Of a stretch of 64,000 bases of DNA, positions 20,952-30,938 are shown piece after piece. The stretch spans positions 64,001 to 128,000 of the IMG/VR virus record IMGVR_UViG_3300035698_022838, one strand, 5' to 3'. Under the pieces are notes generated by a model that saw only the letters and a program-made list of their open reading frames with translations, had not been told where the DNA came from and did no database searches. A program made the position numbers and the translations under genes. Source of the stretch: a virus. The first letter of the stretch is position 1. The number at the start of each line of letters is the position of its first letter.

Positions 20952-22259
20952 ATGAAAATACACCAAACTATGAAAGACCTATTAAAAGAGTTAAAGAACA
21001 AAAGAAAACAAGACAATAAAACATTTGGTCCGCTGTTAAATAAAATTAAACATAATAAAGAATGGACAGAATATATTAAACATAAGACCATATTTCTAGA
21101 TAATGTTTATGTTAATATTCCACTGGCGCAAAGATTTTATCATCTATGGTTTAGTATAGATAACATAGAAACTTGTTCTGTTTGTAAAAAACCATTGCAA
21201 TTTAACAAATATGGTAGGTTTTCGGTAGATAGAATTAAACTACATTCAAATTATATACAAACCTGTACTTCAGTTAAATGTTTAATAGAAACAGAGAAAT
21301 TAAAAGGAACTAGAACAGGAAAGGGTTATGCATCACTAATAATCAAAATATCAAAAAATGAAATGTTACATAAAGATATTATCAAAGAAACTGGGTTTCT
21401 AGATAAGTACTATAAAAACATATCAATTTCACAAAGGTTTTATCACATCTATTTTGGGATAGAATTAGAGAAATGTCCACATTGTAATGGATATAGGAAA
21501 TTTAGTTATAAGAATCAATTTTCAATAAACCAAACTGGACATAGAGAAACTAACTACCAAAAATCATGTGGAAATAAGGAATGTTCGATATTAGCAAATG
21601 TTGCATGTTCAAAGAATGGGCTAATTGAGAAACACGGGGTTGATAATATATGGGATATCCCTGGACACAGAGAAAATTTTGAAAAAACCATGATGGAAAA
21701 ATATGGAACTAAATATATGTTTGGAAGCAAACACTTTAAAGAGAAAACACTAGAAAAGATAGAAAAAGATTGGGATGGACTACACCCAACGAAACATAAA
21801 GAAGTACAGGATAAAAAGAAGGAAACTAATATAGAAATATATGGACACGGTTGTGCTTTACAAAACCCGGAAATATACGAAAAACATTTAAAATCATGTT
21901 ATAATTTCAAAAATTACACACTACCAAACGGGGAAATTATACAGATACAAGGCTATGAAAACCTTGCTTTGGATATAATTCTAGAAACTAAAATGACACA
22001 ACTAAAAGATATCATAGTTGATAATATAGAAATTAGGAAAACACTAGGAGATTTTAAATACACGTTAGACAAAAAGGAAAGAATATATTTCCCAGATATC
22101 TATTTAAAAAACCTAAATTTAATAATAGAGGTCAAATCGGAATACACATACCAAAATAAACTAGAAGAGAATATAAAGAAAAAAGAATCTGTTCTTAACA
22201 AAGGAATAAGCTTTGAATTTTGGATCCTTGATAAAGATTCAGATTTAGATAAAATATAA
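20952..22259 (+). CDS. Free-standing homing-endonuclease-like protein (duplicated Cys-rich domain, EKYG-type repeats, C-terminal PD-(D/E)xK nuclease)
   Basis: 'QRFYH...CSVC' and 'QRFYH...CPHC' duplicated; 'EKHGVDN/EKYGTKY/EIYGHGC' repeats; 'YFPDIYL...IIEVKSEYT'; opposite strand to neighbours; true start may be ATG 20970 since GATATATA (20944-20951) abuts ATG 20952. Confidence 0.7.
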   Translation: MKIHQTMKDLLKELKNKRKQDNKTFGPLLNKIKHNKEWTEYIKHKTIFLDNVYVNIPLAQRFYHLWFSIDNIETCSVCKKPLQFNKYGRFSVDRIKLHSNYIQTCTSVKCLIETEKLKGTRTGKGYASLIIKISKNEMLHKDIIKETGFLDKYYKNISISQRFYHIYFGIELEKCPHCNGYRKFSYKNQFSINQTGHRETNYQKSCGNKECSILANVACSKNGLIEKHGVDNIWDIPGHRENFEKTMMEKYGTKYMFGSKHFKEKTLEKIEKDWDGLHPTKHKEVQDKKKETNIEIYGHGCALQNPEIYEKHLKSCYNFKNYTLPNGEIIQIQGYENLALDIILETKMTQLKDIIVDNIEIRKTLGDFKYTLDKKERIYFPDIYLKNLNLIIEVKSEYTYQNKLEENIKKKESVLNKGISFEFWILDKDSDLDKI

Positions 22260-22283
22260 CGTAAGTACTTGATTATCAATGGT

Positions 22284-23060
22284 TTAATTCCATTGTAAAA
22301 AATACGAAGGACTATTTTCTGAATTTATCATGTCCATTACTTCCTGAAGCTCTCTTTCACCATCACTTCTAAGTTCAGCTGAATTGACTCTGATACCACC
22401 TGGGAGGTTGTAATCAAAGGCACTAAGTATTCTAGATAATGATATTTTTGCTTTTGCGTAGCAATATCTAACGAATAATTCATCATCATACAATTCATGT
22501 TCGTTAATAGCAACAAAACATCTAATAGCAACATCCATTCCTCCTGAGTCAATTCCATTATTAACTCCGCTAAGTCCAGATCTATTTGGATCTCTACCAA
22601 GTATGGTAAGTTTCTTGCTGTTCTTGTTCCATTTAAAAGCATATGTTTGTAATAAATATGCTTGTGCCAGATCAAAATATGAATACATAACTGTTCTATA
22701 CACAAGATTATCTCCGGTAAACGGAGACAGTAGCAATTCAGAGCCTAGTAATTTAGAGTCTCCAAAATCCCTATCTGGGTTACCAGAAATTCCCATACCA
22801 TTAACTTCTCTCACATCATATACAGTTACTATTTTATCAGGTAATTTAAGCTGTCTAGTATTTCTGAATAGTGGATTTGCAAATAAAGCATTACCTAATA
22901 TGAAAACTCTATCATCAACAGCATATTGATAATTATCATACATGAATAATTTAGCACGTTTTACTATACGGGCGATTTCCTCATCATTTAAGTTATAGGG
23001 AAGAGAACAACTTGCATTAAGTTCATCTTTTATTTCTTGCTCCAGTTCTTCGTATGTCAT
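22284..23060 (-). CDS. gp13: Neck/head-completion protein (T4 gp13-like)
   Basis: 'FKWNKNSKKLTILG', 'YCYAKAK...FDYNLPGGIRVNSAELRSDGERELQE' resemble the gp13 C-terminus. Confidence 0.75.
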   Translation of the reverse strand: MTYEELEQEIKDELNASCSLPYNLNDEEIARIVKRAKLFMYDNYQYAVDDRVFILGNALFANPLFRNTRQLKLPDKIVTVYDVREVNGMGISGNPDRDFGDSKLLGSELLLSPFTGDNLVYRTVMYSYFDLAQAYLLQTYAFKWNKNSKKLTILGRDPNRSGLSGVNNGIDSGGMDVAIRCFVAINEHELYDDELFVRYCYAKAKISLSRILSAFDYNLPGGIRVNSAELRSDGERELQEVMDMINSENSPSYFLQWN

Positions 23061-24460
23061 TATTGATAATTTTGATTTTTAAACTTCATCTTAGATATCT
23101 TATTGTTAAGGTCTTTTAGCCTATTATCACTAATAAATCGAGATTGGCGTATCTCATTAAAACCTTTTACCTCTTCAGTCTCTTTACTAACTATAGCATT
23201 TCTACCAATATCAGCTTTCCTAATTACTCCACCTTTAATCTCGCAGTCGATCATCTTTTCTGGTGAATCAATATAACAAGATTCCAATAAATTAGTAAAT
23301 CCAGCTGACGTATCTTTTATTTTACTGTCATATATCTTATTCGAATTAACTACATCACAATTATCAATTTCAGAATTTTTAACATCACAACCATGTAAAT
23401 TACAATTACGTAAATGTGAATTTCTTATTTTGCAATCAACTAGATCTAAATCTTCTAATATAGTTGCATTCTTACATTTTGCACCCTTTAATTGGAATCT
23501 TCCTGTATTAGTATCATAATTAAAGAAAGCATATTTAACATTACCTTCAACAATGATATCAAAAACCTTTTCCCTAATAAAAGGGAAATAAGTTTTTATA
23601 TTTTCTTCGAATCCTTTTAAATCAACTAACAAATGAAAATCTGGGAAGTTTTCAAAGAAGGCTTCAGGATTGGAAAAGCTTCTAACAACTTTGCCGTAAT
23701 CTTTCATCATTTCTTTGAGTTTAGCTAAATCTTTTTGACTGTATTGTCTAGCCCCACTAAGAATATCATATAAGAAAAGTATCATATAATCAACAATTTC
23801 TCTTATCTGTGTAATTTTTTTTTGGTAATCTCTACCACCAAGATATCTTATTTCGATATACCCCTCAGGAACTTTGGTAAAATTAGCACCATAATATTTT
23901 TCATCTGGGATTTTAAATAGACGGCTGTCAATAGTAGATATATTCTCCAATACAGAAAATCTGTTTCTTGGTATAATTCTTTTAACCGATTTCGCATATA
24001 CATTATTTGTTCTGTTACCAAACTTTGAATATATTAATCCTTCATCAACTCCAAGTATAAACTTAAGTTTGTCAAGTTCCTCCATTCTTCCAATCTCTCT
24101 ATTGTCTTTATCGAAGCTTATAGAAAATTGAAATGCACATTTATCAGTAGTCCAACCATTTTTATCGATCCAGATTAATGTTTTTATTAATATTGGGATT
24201 GCTTCTACATATGGGATTGGACCAGTTATTAACTCATTCATTTTTCCACCACCAGAATAATCTGGTTCTAGCTTAAATGTATTTGGAGTAACTGGAACCT
24301 TTGAATGATATTTATCACTCAAAATGATTTTTTTGCCAAGTAATTTAGACAAAGAATCAACGATTCTTCCCCTTACCATATTAGAATAGAATTCAAATTC
24401 GAAGCCTATAACGCCAAAGGAAAGAACCTGTCTTTTATCAAAGTGTGTTTTTTTATTCAT
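23060..24460 (-). CDS. Putative amidoligase (COOH-NH2 ligase family) with C-terminal beta-helix
   Basis: 'IGFEFEF', 'LEPDYSG...ELITGP', 'KYYGANF', 'YIEIRYLGG'; C-terminal 5-residue repeats (DCKIRNSHLRNCNLHGCDVKNSEIDNC). Confidence 0.65.
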   Translation of the reverse strand: MNKKTHFDKRQVLSFGVIGFEFEFYSNMVRGRIVDSLSKLLGKKIILSDKYHSKVPVTPNTFKLEPDYSGGGKMNELITGPIPYVEAIPILIKTLIWIDKNGWTTDKCAFQFSISFDKDNREIGRMEELDKLKFILGVDEGLIYSKFGNRTNNVYAKSVKRIIPRNRFSVLENISTIDSRLFKIPDEKYYGANFTKVPEGYIEIRYLGGRDYQKKITQIREIVDYMILFLYDILSGARQYSQKDLAKLKEMMKDYGKVVRSFSNPEAFFENFPDFHLLVDLKGFEENIKTYFPFIREKVFDIIVEGNVKYAFFNYDTNTGRFQLKGAKCKNATILEDLDLVDCKIRNSHLRNCNLHGCDVKNSEIDNCDVVNSNKIYDSKIKDTSAGFTNLLESCYIDSPEKMIDCEIKGGVIRKADIGRNAIVSKETEEVKGFNEIRQSRFISDNRLKDLNNKISKMKFKNQNYQ

Positions 24461-25622
24461 CTTCCGGTTGAGCGAAAATTTTTCCCATTATAGGATCAAC
24501 CTCATATATCAGAACCATTATGGAATCACCAGTCCTAAGGTTTTTATGCTCTTTACCAAGTTTACTAGCTGGTATAAGTGCTAATATTCCAAATGCATCT
24601 AGTTCTATAAGTGCACCATTTTTTCTCTTGTGTTTAACTGTAGCGCATAAAGGCTCGCTTACCCCTTCATCAACTTCAGTTTTCAACTGATAGAGTTTTA
24701 TAGTTTTCTCCATAGGCTCACCAAACGTACATGTAAGTCTATTATCTTCTTTAACCTCTTTAACATAAAATTCGATTTCGTCACCAGTAGTAAACCCAGA
24801 AACAACTTGTCCATCAAATTCAGTCTTATGTATTAATCCTGTATAGACATCTTCCCATTCGACAAAAACCCCGAAATCAGATGTTCCAGTAACATACCCT
24901 TTATATTTTTTAGTAAGATCTAATTCACTTATTTTCTGATCCATTATCTTACCTAAGTATTTTTTATATGAAACTACAAAAATATCCTTTTTAGGTACAT
25001 AACCGTCAATCATTACATATAGTTTTTTCCCAATGTATGATTCAAAATCTGTTATTTTATTAGCTGCTGCCAAAGAACCAGGTAAGAAACATTTGATTCC
25101 TTGCACATCTGCGATATAACCACCCCTATTTACACTCTCGATTGTTGCCTCATATGCTACAGATTCTTTTTGTATTTGTTCAAAGAACTCTAATCTTGTA
25201 CTCTGTATGAAACAATCAATAACAGAACCATAATAGGTTCCCATCGAATCTCTGGTAATTGCTTCAATATTAACACCAACATTTAATTCATTCCAGGTGA
25301 TGCCTAATTTTTCTGCATCTTTTCTTTCTTTTACCAGATCTATATAAACTGTTTGGCCAGAATCAGTTTGTGCCAAAGCTCTATTTTCAGAAAGTTGTGT
25401 CACTTTACATGTATATGATTGTCCATTTATAAGATCTTTGGAAAGTGTTATATTTTCCAAATTTCCACTATAAAGATCATATAGATCTTGGGCATATGGC
25501 TCAGTGCAATAAACTCTATCGCCATGCTGTGTTTCAATCTTTTCGTTTACACCAAATTTGTTGGTTATTCCACTCCAATCGAATTCTTCTAGTGTTACTG
25601 CGGTTTGATTTTCTTTATTCAT
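24453..25622 (-). CDS. rpsA: Ribosomal protein bS1-like protein (about 4 S1 domains)
   Basis: 'VNRGGYIADVQGIKCFLPGSLA' (D2-like), 'GYVTGTSDFGVFVE...GLIHKTE' (D3-like), N-terminal 'EEFDWS'. Confidence 0.8.
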   Translation of the reverse strand: MNKENQTAVTLEEFDWSGITNKFGVNEKIETQHGDRVYCTEPYAQDLYDLYSGNLENITLSKDLINGQSYTCKVTQLSENRALAQTDSGQTVYIDLVKERKDAEKLGITWNELNVGVNIEAITRDSMGTYYGSVIDCFIQSTRLEFFEQIQKESVAYEATIESVNRGGYIADVQGIKCFLPGSLAAANKITDFESYIGKKLYVMIDGYVPKKDIFVVSYKKYLGKIMDQKISELDLTKKYKGYVTGTSDFGVFVEWEDVYTGLIHKTEFDGQVVSGFTTGDEIEFYVKEVKEDNRLTCTFGEPMEKTIKLYQLKTEVDEGVSEPLCATVKHKRKNGALIELDAFGILALIPASKLGKEHKNLRTGDSIMVLIYEVDPIMGKIFAQPEDE

Positions 25623-25650
25623 TATTTTTATATTAAAAGGTTAATCTTCT

Positions 25651-25658
25651 TATATATC
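25651..25658 (-). promoter_or_regulatory. Putative late promoter GATATATA upstream of the S1-like gene
   Basis: Intergenic, 28 nt before the start. Confidence 0.6.
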
Positions 25659-25678
25659 TATTCTGAAAAGTAGTTCAA

Positions 25679-26254
25679 TTAAGGAATTAGGTTAACTGTA
25701 TTTTTTATAGTATTTAATGCTTCACCAACATTAATCACACTATTAGGAAGTGGGAAAGAAATATTAATAGCAGCTTGGAGCATTTGCATAAAAACTTGTA
25801 TTAAATTATTTAGTATATTTAATAGTGAATTTTTTTTCTCTTTAAGTGAAAGAACTATAGATGCTGGATTTGGTACTACAACAGGAACTGCGATAACAGA
25901 TGGTAATAAATTCATGGGAGCTATCGTAGCAATCATTGCTTTTATTTGATCCATTCCTGATAATAGTGAAGAATATGAAAGCTTTATCGTAGCAATTTGT
26001 TCATCTATGAAAGTACGCCCGTGGGTTTTTAACGTTTTCTTTAATTCTTCACGTTTTTCTTCACGTTTTTTCTTCTTCTCTTCAGCAGAATCCTCAGAAT
26101 TCTCAGAATCCATAGAATCAAATAGTTCTTTAAATTTTGGATCACGTTCAAGCATCCCCTCTATAACTGTATCGGTATCTAGTCCTGGTATATTTACACC
26201 GCTGTCGCCGAGCTTTACTACCAAATCTTGCATTTCTTCTATCGTTGCTGCCAT
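25679..26254 (-). CDS. Hypothetical protein downstream of the baseplate spike gene
   Basis: 191 aa, charged helix followed by hydrophobic helices. Confidence 0.6.
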   Translation of the reverse strand: MAATIEEMQDLVVKLGDSGVNIPGLDTDTVIEGMLERDPKFKELFDSMDSENSEDSAEEKKKKREEKREELKKTLKTHGRTFIDEQIATIKLSYSSLLSGMDQIKAMIATIAPMNLLPSVIAVPVVVPNPASIVLSLKEKKNSLLNILNNLIQVFMQMLQAAINISFPLPNSVINVGEALNTIKNTVNLIP

Positions 26255-26260
26255 TATATA

Positions 26261-26929
26261 TTATTTAGTTTTAGATACGTTAGAGAGATGATTTGGTGTT
26301 GATGGAATTATAGGCGGACTCGTGGGCGTGCCCGTATTACCCACATGCGTGTGCGAATTGAAAAATGTTTGGAATGTATTCCCTTTTATAACAGATTCTA
26401 TTGCTCTCTCACCAAGTTCTATATTATTTGAATTTACAATAACCTTATTATCTTCCATTCTAACTTGATCGTTACCCATTTCAATAACTACTCTAAGTTC
26501 ACCATCATTCTGTGTATCTAATTGGATCTTAGCATCACCTAATATGAAATTAAGTCCTTTTTCTTTTGTATAGAACAATTGTAATGGTCCGGGTTCTGCA
26601 TCATTATCATAAATAAGAGCATGTGCTCCTTCATATGAATTTTCAATTTCTGCTTTTAAATCAGGAGAGGTATTCCATTCTCCATGATAAACCATTCTAT
26701 AATAGTTTTGGCCATCAAATTCTACAGTAACTACGGAACCAAGCCTAGGAATAGATAGCATACCATTACCTCCTCTACCAAACATTATTCCATTTTTCTG
26801 TGTTGCCCACGGAATATCCTCAGTTTCAATGCCATCAAAAAGACCAAAGACCTTAATCTTAGCTCTTCCTTCTTTTTTAGGATCCTTTATATCTACTACT
26901 TCGCCTATGTATATTCTTGCTGATGACAT
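26261..26929 (-). CDS. gp5: Baseplate central spike (gp5/gpV-like; OB-fold plus HxH tip)
   Basis: 'YIGEVVDIKDPKKEGRAKIKVFG', 'IPWA', 'IPRLGSVVTVEF', C-terminal 'NSHTHVGN...TSPP'. Confidence 0.85.
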   Translation of the reverse strand: MSSARIYIGEVVDIKDPKKEGRAKIKVFGLFDGIETEDIPWATQKNGIMFGRGGNGMLSIPRLGSVVTVEFDGQNYYRMVYHGEWNTSPDLKAEIENSYEGAHALIYDNDAEPGPLQLFYTKEKGLNFILGDAKIQLDTQNDGELRVVIEMGNDQVRMEDNKVIVNSNNIELGERAIESVIKGNTFQTFFNSHTHVGNTGTPTSPPIIPSTPNHLSNVSKTK

Positions 26930-26934
26930 AAAAA

Positions 26935-29403
26935 TTATTGTTCTTCGTATTCGTCTGGATTATGTGTACCTAAACTAGGATTATATTTACTTGATGATTT
27001 AAGATTTCCTAAGTTTAATGGCTGATCTACTATGAAATCACCAGATGTTTCTGGGTATACACCATCAAAACCTAGTGTTCTATTATCCTTAGATTCTGGT
27101 TGATATACTTTTTCTGGTTTGGTTTCAAAATTACTTTCAGGGGATCTTAATTCACCTCTTGATGATATAATTTTCTTCTCTGGGTATACTGTATCTATGC
27201 TACTAGTTTCAGTATCTATAGGCTTTGTATAAACCCTATCCAATGAAGGTTTACTTGTTATTTTCTCTGGACTATAAACAACATCTTTTTCTAATTTAGT
27301 ATTTAAAACCTCCTCCTTATAAACAGTCTCTTTTGCTAGTTTATCAGTTGGAACTACATCAGGATAAACGTCATCGTTTACTTCTGGATATATTCTATCG
27401 GGTACACCTAAATCACTACCTGGTACATCAGCATAAACATCGTCATTCGGTCCGCTATATACTCTATCAGGTACACCTAGATCGCTACCTGGATTATCTA
27501 AGTAAACATCGCCTGTTGTTTCTGGGTAAACCCTATCAGGTACACCAAGATCACTTCCAGGTACATTAGGATATACGTCCCCTTGTGGTTCTGGATAAAT
27601 CCTATCTGGTACACCCAAATCACTGCCAGGTACATTTTCATACACATCACCTTCTGGTTTTGGATATATCCTTTCAGGTACACCTAGATCACTACCTGGG
27701 TTATTATTATATACGTCATCTTCTACCTCCTGATAAACTCTATCGGGAACACCAAGATCTGTGCCTGGTACATTTTCATACACATCACCTTCAGGCTTAG
27801 CGTAAACTCTTTCCTTAACCCCTAGATCTGTACCCGGTACATTAGGGTATACATCACTTTCATCCTTGCTTATTATTGGATATACTCTTTCCGGAGGTCC
27901 ACCTTCTCCCATTGTTTGAGGATTTGGTAAATTACCTTTAAATATATTATCAATTCCGGTTTCACTAGCACCATTTAGGTAATTTGCAGCATTATTAAAT
28001 AACCCTTTACCATTAGTAGCACTAGTTAATTGTGAAGGGTCCATGGAATAAATATTCCCCATTATACTCTGGTCCAATCCACTTAATGCTGGACTTATAA
28101 ATTGACTGATTCCTTCGTTTATTAAATCAGAAACTGCACCAGAAACAAAATTAGTCAATAATTCTGCACCCATAGATGTAATACTTTCAATATCCAATGT
28201 AGGATCAAGATCCTCTACACTAGTTTGATCCTGGCTATATCCATCAGCAAGTATCAAGGGTTTCTTATCACTTCTTATATTAGGATATTGGTTTTTTATT
28301 CTTACTTTACCAACGTGTATTTTGAATGAGTTTTCCTCTGGTGTAGATGATTCTGCTCCAATATCAACGATAGCTTTTAGTGATGTGCTTTCACTGAAAT
28401 CAAATTCACACTGACTGCATTCATAGATCAAAACTGGTTTTATTCCACTTTGGTCTGCTTGGTTTGACAAAGCATCTCTTTCATTAGATAAGCCTGCACC
28501 TTCTGCAACATTACCAACAAAGCTAGAAAAAGCACTTTGGTCATTTCCACTCCTATTGCTTCCACTGCCAGAACTTTCAATATCATTTTCTATTATGGCA
28601 GCCCCTGGGTTTCTATCTGTACTTATCAATGAACTAAGATCATCTATTACAGAAAGAGCTGTACTAGCTCCAGCTAACCTGCTAGTTTTAAAAAAGTTTC
28701 TTATTTCACCTACAAATATCCACATAGTAAACTTACGAAGATTCCTTGGGACAAGCCATCTCATATTATCAGCATCAAATGTTGCTTGGTTATATAGATC
28801 TTGAAGTGCATTCATTCTAAGATTAAGAGATTCTAGAGTTTTTATAGTTAAATGTTTACCACCAGTCCTTTGATTATCAAAAAAATCTATATCATCATCA
28901 GTTTGAAATCCGCTCTTTGATACCTTATCTAACATATTTAATCCTTCGATCGACTGGAAAAACCACGGGGAATTAGTATTTGTTTCTTTTAGTAATTTTT
29001 GGAATTGCAAAAGTGCATTAGCTCTCTTCTTTTGATTGTTTTTTTGTTTTTCAAAAGCGCCATCTCTTTCCAATAAATAATTATATGCGGAATAATAAAT
29101 TGGGCTATCTCCGTCGCCTCTTTTTAATTCCTCTTCATCTTTATCTCCAACAGATGCTACATATTGTGGTTGTCCGAATGGGTTTAACATAGAAGCCATA
29201 CTAGCACCTTGGGTAGATGTATAATTACCCTTTTTTAATATTGGACTTGGGGGCCAACCATAATTAGAGTTAATTGGTAAAACTCCAAAATCAAATATTA
29301 TTTTAAACCCAAGATATGTCGGATCTTCATTACTTCCCGAATTAGAGAGTTTGAACCCTTTAAGAAAAAGGTTTCTGTTTTTATCTGTAGCTTTAATTCC
29401 CAT
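26935..29403 (-). CDS. Baseplate/tail-tube-associated protein with C-terminal 23-aa tandem repeats
   Basis: Globular N-terminus ('PWFFQSIEGL', 'LRKFTMWIFVGEIR') between hub and spike genes; repeats in the C-terminal third. Confidence 0.55.
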   Translation of the reverse strand: MGIKATDKNRNLFLKGFKLSNSGSNEDPTYLGFKIIFDFGVLPINSNYGWPPSPILKKGNYTSTQGASMASMLNPFGQPQYVASVGDKDEEELKRGDGDSPIYYSAYNYLLERDGAFEKQKNNQKKRANALLQFQKLLKETNTNSPWFFQSIEGLNMLDKVSKSGFQTDDDIDFFDNQRTGGKHLTIKTLESLNLRMNALQDLYNQATFDADNMRWLVPRNLRKFTMWIFVGEIRNFFKTSRLAGASTALSVIDDLSSLISTDRNPGAAIIENDIESSGSGSNRSGNDQSAFSSFVGNVAEGAGLSNERDALSNQADQSGIKPVLIYECSQCEFDFSESTSLKAIVDIGAESSTPEENSFKIHVGKVRIKNQYPNIRSDKKPLILADGYSQDQTSVEDLDPTLDIESITSMGAELLTNFVSGAVSDLINEGISQFISPALSGLDQSIMGNIYSMDPSQLTSATNGKGLFNNAANYLNGASETGIDNIFKGNLPNPQTMGEGGPPERVYPIISKDESDVYPNVPGTDLGVKERVYAKPEGDVYENVPGTDLGVPDRVYQEVEDDVYNNNPGSDLGVPERIYPKPEGDVYENVPGSDLGVPDRIYPEPQGDVYPNVPGSDLGVPDRVYPETTGDVYLDNPGSDLGVPDRVYSGPNDDVYADVPGSDLGVPDRIYPEVNDDVYPDVVPTDKLAKETVYKEEVLNTKLEKDVVYSPEKITSKPSLDRVYTKPIDTETSSIDTVYPEKKIISSRGELRSPESNFETKPEKVYQPESKDNRTLGFDGVYPETSGDFIVDQPLNLGNLKSSSKYNPSLGTHNPDEYEEQ
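27345..27890 (-). repeat. Coding tandem repeat, ~7.5 x 69 bp (RVYPxPxGDVYxxVPGSDLGVPD)
   Basis: Directly visible in the translation. Confidence 0.9.
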
Positions 29404-29426
29404 TAGGGTTTATTATTTTATTATAT

Positions 29427-30929
29427 TTATCCATCAATAAGATTAATTGGAAATGCTTTAGGGAATTTACCTGCACTGTTTAAAACCCAATCTCTTTTCC
29501 TTAAATGTAAAACCTGATACATTCCACGGTGTGCTTCGTATTTTAATTCAATTCCCATTAGTATATAAACGCCAGATAAAAATCTATCAATCACTGGATT
29601 TATAGTTTCTTCTGGTTTTTCGTTATTAGATGCCCCAGTATTTTCTTTTCTTAATCCTTGATCATTTACGTAAATTACAACTGGGATAGCTTGTCCCCTA
29701 TAAATTCCATTATAATATCCATTAGTTTCGATTTTAAGGGTAAATTTATTTAGATCTTCTTTATTGAATTTATTCTGAATCAAAGCCTGTATAAAATTCT
29801 CATGAACTCCGCCAGGACCTTCCTCGTCATTCAGTGAACCATACCAATTTTTTCTAATATCCTTAGAATATTCATTTTCTATCGCTCTACCTTTTTGTAA
29901 AACCATATTTTCACCAACTATTTCAGTAGTTGAGGTTTCTATTGTATAGTTAATATACTTTTCAACTGGATTATCAGTTTTGAATCCATCATCATAGAAT
30001 TGGACTTCTTGTACGTACCCGCGATTATTTGTAATGTTTCCTGCTTGTGAAACTAGAGTATAATTAAGAATATATGTCGGCGAATCAAAAGAGCCTTTTT
30101 CATTTGTTAAAACTAATGGTACATCTTGTAGTGGGTTGTTTATACCAGGAAACAAAGTATCGTTGGCATTTCCGGTACCTAGTCCGCTAATAACTTTTAC
30201 TATTTGTATATAATCTTTAGCAGATAATTGATTGTCTAAATTAATGAAGGTTAAATTATAATATGGGTCTATCCAAGTACCAAAGAAACTTCGATCATTT
30301 TTATATGATCTACTAGTTACTTCTTTTATGAAATCATGAGCTGATAAATTAGGACAAATCCAAGTCATTTCATCATTAAGATTAGCATCATTAGTAGAAA
30401 ATCCAAGGTTTAATAGTTGTGAAACATCAAAAAGAGTGTCATATGATGTTTTTGTTCTGAATGCTTTAGAAACTTCACTATATAGACCTGGAATTTTTGC
30501 TTCACCTAATATACTAAACGTCATACCATTACCATCAGGATCACTTGATTGATTAGATCTAACTGATAATACATTAAAATCCATTCTTATTGGTTTATAT
30601 AACTCAATCCACGATCTAACATATACTGATATTACATCACCATCTTTAGGGTAAGAAACCCCAATAAATAACGAATTCTGCATATCAAATTGAATTCTTA
30701 CAGTAGGTAAAAATCCAGTCATATCAAGATTGAAATATGGCATGAATTTATGTACATAATATCCATTAATAAAAACTACCGGTACATAAGCGCCAAAAGA
30801 TTTTTCATCTGAATCTTGAGCTGCTGGAGCTCCTTCATTACCCCGTCCAGTTCGGTTAGGAACAACTAATTCGTCTAATCTTAATGTAGGTTTAGCTACA
30901 TTTCGTATAATTATTTCATCTGAAGCCAT
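29427..30929 (-). CDS. Baseplate hub-like protein (gp27-like)
   Basis: Position between gp53-like and gp5-like genes; 'WIDPYYNLTFI', 'FLSGVYILMGIELKY' hub-type motifs. Confidence 0.55.
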   Translation of the reverse strand: MASDEIIIRNVAKPTLRLDELVVPNRTGRGNEGAPAAQDSDEKSFGAYVPVVFINGYYVHKFMPYFNLDMTGFLPTVRIQFDMQNSLFIGVSYPKDGDVISVYVRSWIELYKPIRMDFNVLSVRSNQSSDPDGNGMTFSILGEAKIPGLYSEVSKAFRTKTSYDTLFDVSQLLNLGFSTNDANLNDEMTWICPNLSAHDFIKEVTSRSYKNDRSFFGTWIDPYYNLTFINLDNQLSAKDYIQIVKVISGLGTGNANDTLFPGINNPLQDVPLVLTNEKGSFDSPTYILNYTLVSQAGNITNNRGYVQEVQFYDDGFKTDNPVEKYINYTIETSTTEIVGENMVLQKGRAIENEYSKDIRKNWYGSLNDEEGPGGVHENFIQALIQNKFNKEDLNKFTLKIETNGYYNGIYRGQAIPVVIYVNDQGLRKENTGASNNEKPEETINPVIDRFLSGVYILMGIELKYEAHRGMYQVLHLRKRDWVLNSAGKFPKAFPINLIDG

Positions 30930-30938
30930 ATCTTAATA

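Noticed and set aside
27345-27890. 69-bp repeats as CRISPR or DGR template/variable repeats
   Set aside because: Contiguous coding repeats; no reverse transcriptase or cas genes in the window
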